Shown here: piece after piece, positions 55,001 to 57,063 of the stretch
Layout of the letters: every line of letters starts with the position of its first letter
Position numbering within the stretch: the first letter of the stretch is position 1
Source of the DNA: Chitinophagales bacterium
GTDB lineage: Bacteria; Bacteroidota; Bacteroidia; Chitinophagales; Saprospiraceae
Reading direction: 5' to 3'
Assembly (NCBI GenBank): GCA_038246345.1
Contig: JBBRWA010000001.1
Location: 1-57,063, forward strand
DNA length: 57,063 nt
Program-made: the position numbers and the translations under genes
The notes under the pieces: model-generated
Seen by the model: only the letters and a program-made list of their open reading frames with translations
Databases searched by the model: none
What the model was told of the DNA's origin: nothing

Positions 55001-56079
55001 ATTACACCGTCACGGTCACGGGTGCCAATGGCCTCACCAAAACAATATCGGGAACGGTGAGTTCTCCGGCGGTGCTGGCCACCAACGCTATGGCACAGTT
55101 GGCTTTCGGGCAATTCCCGCTGAGCTGCATCGGTGCAACAGATGCGACCATACAAACAATGACCACGGGTGGTACCACGGCGTATCAATATGCCTGGAGT
55201 GTTGCCGGGCAAACGGGCGCGACCCTTTCAAACATCGGGGTTGGCACGTATACGGTCACCATAACAGATGCCAATCAATGCAGCACGACCAGTTCGGCAA
55301 TGGTTATTGCGCCGCCGCCGCTGCGTTTCGACATCGCCATTGCGGGCGTGGAATGTGGAGAAGACGTTGCTACGGCCCTGATTACCCCTTCTGGTGGTGC
55401 AACGCCGTTCAAGGTGCAAGTAGATGGCGTTCCAGCCGCCGGTGGCCTGATGCCAAGCATTCCCGATGGGCAGCATTTGGTTGAAATCAGCGATGCGTAT
55501 GGTTGTACGGCCGATACGATGGTTACAGTGACATTACCGCCTGTGCCCTTCATTGCCTTGCCTGCTGAAGAGACGGTTTCGCTCGGCGAAACACTGGTAC
55601 TACAGGCCCAAACAAACCTCGCAAGCTGGCAAAGCCTGGTGTGGACACCATTGCCGGACTCCGCTTGCGCCAATTGCTTGCGCCAGGAGTGGATACCCGA
55701 AGTTTCCAGGGTGTACACAGTCGCCATCACCGATACTTTTGGCTGCCGCGCCACCGCTTCCGTGCGGGTAATGGTGCGCAAACAAATAGACATCTACATC
55801 CCGAACGTATTTTCGCCCAACCTCGACGGCTCCAATGATTTTTGGGTGCTGAATGCCGGGCCATCCGTAGTAGCCTTGAATTCACTTCAAATTTTCGACC
55901 GCTGGGGCAGCATGGTCTATTACTGGGATTCACCCATACCGGCGAATGAATGGCCGGGATGGGACGGAATGTACCGTGGTGACAAAGTCAACCCGGGCGT
56001 TTTTGTGTATTATTTGAGGGTGAAACTGGTGAATGGGGAGGTGGTGTTGAAGATGGGGGATTTGACGGTGGTGCGGTAG
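49081..56079 (+). CDS. giant (2,332 aa) cell-surface adhesin: 14 PKD-like/CHU_C-associated repeat modules, SprB repeats, gliding-motility (T9SS type-B, CHU_C) C-terminal domain
   Basis: Signal peptide MRLSKLFNIFAFGLFCAATSIQAQ. There are 14 modules of ~86 aa with pattern NQxVCAG..V...F.GT.....F.WTN.NTAIGL.ASG.GNISF.A.NV......ITVTP..NGC.G..Q.FTITVNP.P. SprB-type repeats include CFGDGDGSLSLSAAGGLAPYSYIWS. The C-terminus has IYIPNVFSPNLDGSNDFW...IFDRWGSMVY...WDGMYRGDKVNPGVFVYYL. Confidence 0.9.
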   Translation: MRLSKLFNIFAFGLFCAATSIQAQTVIYTNAGTTHTNTDQVTTDTYGPVDVSNCTSISFSISYNFSLPFPGNGNMESSDECLIGIPPCQGDPNDPYGGGCDNCWDFFYVQFQINGATVNTRLVGVPGMTNQSGTITYGPVCTNGAATAGLIVQTNTWAMNESITFNAISITCWDATSSNLMANPSPACTGVPFTLGATLVHPADVTTTVWTGPGTITPPTSLNPTVTNAPAGNNTYVLTVTDDNGCTKTNSIDVLVTTGPTMDDPPNQIVCAGDPVNAIFVGTGNPTFNWTNSNTAIGLAASGSGDISFTASNVAAPTTGTITVTPSENGCVGTPQTFTVTVNPLPSVNQPNNVLICAGLPVNIPFTGTPGATFSWTNDNTAIGLGASGNGNISFVSALVANQEVANITVIPFRNGCPGPPVNFTITVNPRPTVVDPPDMSVCAGNPVDLVFTGTGNPTFNWLNNNTNIGLSSNGMGDISFTAANVGVPTTGTITVTPTANGCVGTNQSFTIMVNPTPSVNQPSNVVVCSGAPVITVISGSPGASFSWTNDNTNVGLGAAGLGSINFTAANVSTQQVANIFITPTINGCPGPPVSYTITVNPIPTVVDPPNQTVCSGAMVTLPFSGTVNPTFSWTNSNTAIGLGASGTGSISFTAANVGAPTTGNLTVTPTENGCPGMPQNFTITVTPAPSVNQPSNILACANTSIMAAFTGTSGATFNWTNSNTSIGLAASGTGDLNFIAAGVGTQQTATITVTPVIGTCSGTAVTFTIIINPAPAVTDPPNQTVCSGTTVAVNFTGTSNPTFNWVNDNTAIGLAASGAGNISFTAAAIGVGTVTVTPVANGCIGASQNFTITVIAAPIVDLPVAVGACAGNPVATTFTGTSGATFAWTNSNTAIGLGANGTGNIAFSAANVGVITTGNISVTPSLGGCTGTPQNFVITINPLPTISITSVVCAADLLTYNVIISTSGTMVTATAGTVTGSAGNFTISGITAGTNVDISSTNTTTGCQLVQSVNAPNCNCAPVNAPTTPNNPMICEGAPIPALTVTTDPGNTVDWYTSATGGTLLLMGSASFTPTGPFMPGVYNFYAESRDPSTSCVSSIRLLVTLTVNALPTVTLPLNQAVCAGVQVGVVFAGTASAAFAWTNSEPAIGLAASGSGDINFMATNVGSTPLVANLTVTPNLNGCPGTPQNFTITVNPIPTVTAPVNQTVCGGASVMQVFSGTTGAMYNWTNSNIAIGLAASGAGNISFTAANVAAPTLGNLTVTPTLAGCIGSTQNFNITVNPLPTVMAPANQSVCAGNAVAVNFSGTNGATFNWTNANTAIGLAATGMGNISFMGTNAGAIPIVANLVVTPTQNGCTGAAQNFSITIDPRPTITVNSTTCSPDLLTYSVNLTSNANTILSTLGTVSGNGTNFNITGIPNGSLIILTATITATGCSIQQSVNPPNCTCPLLTAPNGPNFPVICEGTATPALMVNAPGAGNAVDWYTTPAGGVPVFVGSNSYTPPGTFTPGTYIFYAETREISSNCKSPTRTPVFLTVNGAPSMTQPINQSVCAGFTISVGFNGTSGALFNWTNSNPGIGLPASGSGNISFSATNTGLAPIVATIVVTPTLFGCNGQARTFTITVLPSPSLTDPADIAACVGQSVSANFSGSAGATFSWINTNAAIGLPASGMGNISFNASTAGNATVTVIPMANSCSGTPQTFNITVISNPTMTNPGNQAACAGANVSLVFTGTPGLTYSWTNTNPAIGLPASGAGNLNFSAAAVTTVQNAQISVTPIFGACVGQSQTFSITVNPLPVASISGNTTICSGSATTLTAMGGTSASWLSGQSTAAITVSPTTTTTYTATVTANACSSTATATVIVNQPTSSTVNALTCDPAQVGSVTNVIPNAAGCDSTITTVTTLDVVNCAPALTLSNGAVSCFGDGDGSLSLSAAGGLAPYSYIWSNGSNQMGAGMITTGGTTAQLLNLPAGNYTVTVTGANGLTKTISGTVSSPAVLATNAMAQLAFGQFPLSCIGATDATIQTMTTGGTTAYQYAWSVAGQTGATLSNIGVGTYTVTITDANQCSTTSSAMVIAPPPLRFDIAIAGVECGEDVATALITPSGGATPFKVQVDGVPAAGGLMPSIPDGQHLVEISDAYGCTADTMVTVTLPPVPFIALPAEETVSLGETLVLQAQTNLASWQSLVWTPLPDSACANCLRQEWIPEVSRVYTVAITDTFGCRATASVRVMVRKQIDIYIPNVFSPNLDGSNDFWVLNAGPSVVALNSLQIFDRWGSMVYYWDSPIPANEWPGWDGMYRGDKVNPGVFVYYLRVKLVNGEVVLKMGDLTVVR

Positions 56080-56137
56080 GGGTTATGTCAAAAGTCCGAG
56101 CATTGAAAATGTTGCCAAACTTTATTTCGATTTTATT

Positions 56138-56205
56138 GGCCAAGACCTTCCAGGTTTTTAAAACTTGGAAGGCCTAACGCTCGAATAAAATTAAATTTTG
56201 TTGAT
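56138..56205. repeat. family G hairpin repeat, copy G2
   Basis: ggccaagaccttccaggtttttaaaacttggaaggcctaacgctcgaata... It lies 59 nt after the adhesin stop and 30 nt from the stop of the convergent gene. Confidence 0.85.
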
Positions 56206-56234
56206 AGGCATGGCTAAGCCTTTTGGCACAACCC

Positions 56235-56954
56235 CTACATGGCCTCCAACAGTTTCTCAGCTTGATCACGCCGAGATGATTTGCGCAAGCTTTCCAGTAA
56301 GGGTTTGGCTTTGGCATTTTGTCCGCCTGCGACGTAGGCCAGCGCACTGCGCCAATCAGCGATTTCACGATAGTAGCCAGGTTGTACACGGTTGAAATAT
56401 GCAATGGCGCGTTCCCATTCTCCGGTTTGCAACAAGGATTCTCCCGTGTAAAATAGTATCTCGTCCGTGGCGTTCGGTTCAGCAGCCAGCGCGGTTAATT
56501 GTTGAGCAGCTGTAGTAAAATCCCTCTTTCTATACGCCATATACCCTTGTTGCGCTGCAACACGGATGGTGTCGTTTCCTCCCATAGTGGCCACGGGAGG
56601 GGGATAGGGGGCGGCAAAGGCTTGCGCCATTTTCTGGATGTCCACTTTCTCCGGGCGCTTGTACGACTTCCACGCGGCGAAGCCTCCGAGTGCAAAGATT
56701 GCCCCGATGGTCAGCCAGAGCAGCAAGCGACGGAGGAACGATGGCCTTTCAGGAGAAAGTTTATCGTCAGCAGTTTCCAGGGAAAGTCTCTTTTTCAGGC
56801 GCTGGTTGTCCGCAGCTTTCAGCGCCAGGTACAGGTCAAGTTCTGAAGCCAACTCAGGCTCGTTTTTGAGCCGCTGTTCGAATTCCAGCAATGCCTGGCC
56901 ACTCAACGTGCCCTCCGCGTATTCCCTGATTAATTTTTCGTAGCTGTCGTTCAT
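56235..56954 (-). CDS. membrane-anchored TPR protein, anti-sigma-factor-like N-terminus
   Basis: The N-terminal ~60 aa are helical (YAEGTLSGQALLEFEQRLKNEPELASELDLY). One TM helix (LLLWLTIGAIFALGGFAAW) is followed by TPR-like repeats. Confidence 0.5.
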   Translation of the reverse strand: MNDSYEKLIREYAEGTLSGQALLEFEQRLKNEPELASELDLYLALKAADNQRLKKRLSLETADDKLSPERPSFLRRLLLWLTIGAIFALGGFAAWKSYKRPEKVDIQKMAQAFAAPYPPPVATMGGNDTIRVAAQQGYMAYRKRDFTTAAQQLTALAAEPNATDEILFYTGESLLQTGEWERAIAYFNRVQPGYYREIADWRSALAYVAGGQNAKAKPLLESLRKSSRRDQAEKLLEAM

Positions 56955-56969
56955 ACGCGTATTTTTTTC

Positions 56970-57063
56970 CTAGTTGATGGAACTAGCATCAGGGGTGATT
57001 GTCTGTGTATAATGCAGTTCATGCAGAATGTGTGGTTTGTGTAAGCTGAGACAAAAGCAAATG
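56970..57063 (-). CDS. 3' end of an upstream gene (possibly the cognate sigma factor), partial
   Basis: An open frame reads into the window and ends ...LHKPHILHELHYTQTITPDASSIN-TAG at 56970-56972, 15 nt before the start of 56235..56954. Only 30 codons are visible, so the identity is a guess from context. Confidence 0.25.
   Translation of the reverse strand, partial: ICFCLSLHKPHILHELHYTQTITPDASSIN

Noticed and set aside
49474-55793. Many long minus-strand ORFs inside the adhesin gene (e.g. 51429..52319, 49680..50285, 53625..54227)
   Set aside because: They are antisense to a continuous 2,332-aa frame with a signal peptide, coherent domain repeats and a T9SS C-terminal domain. Their low-complexity Gly/Val/Pro/Thr-rich translations mirror the repeat periodicity.
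1-57063. tRNA, rRNA, tmRNA, RNase P, transposases, integrases, prophage or defence-system genes
   Set aside because: Scanning intergenic regions by eye found no cloverleaf-type conserved arms (GTTCGAATC-like T-loops) and no rRNA-like stretches. None of the ORF translations shows DDE, HUH, tyrosine or serine recombinase motifs, or defence-system hallmark motifs. A by-eye scan can miss small RNAs.

Overview
57-kb chromosomal segment that looks Bacteroidota. The evidence is six secreted proteins with T9SS C-terminal sorting domains, including one gliding-motility CHU_C type, TonB-dependent receptors, a MurF-Alr fusion, TAnnTTTG -7 boxes, and lipoproteins with a CarboxypepD_reg domain. I cannot name a genus from the sequence alone. 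I support about 41 protein-coding genes, two of them partial at the window edges. Most are housekeeping or cell-envelope genes: suhB-like, mevalonate diphosphate decarboxylase, murF-alr, tsaE, an M50 protease, ftcD, two orphan E2 acyltransferases, fadD-like, glyA and pnuC. The rest are outer-membrane or secreted cargo, including a 2,332-aa SprB/CHU_C-type adhesin built from 14 repeated ~86-aa modules. I found no rRNA, tRNA, CRISPR array, transposase, integrase or recognisable defence operon. The most unusual content is non-coding. About 16 of ~40 intergenic spacers carry palindromic elements, and most of these have arms made of tandem 7-8-nt repeats in inverted orientation around a unique core. 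There are at least 7 sequence-unrelated families, and six recur within this window. These arms supply stop codons, C-terminal tails and in one case a start codon to flanking genes. Some families sit at convergent 3' ends and others at divergent 5' regions. I do not recognise them as any named repeat class, and this is my candidate for the undescribed system. Novelty needs a database and genome-wide check that I cannot run.
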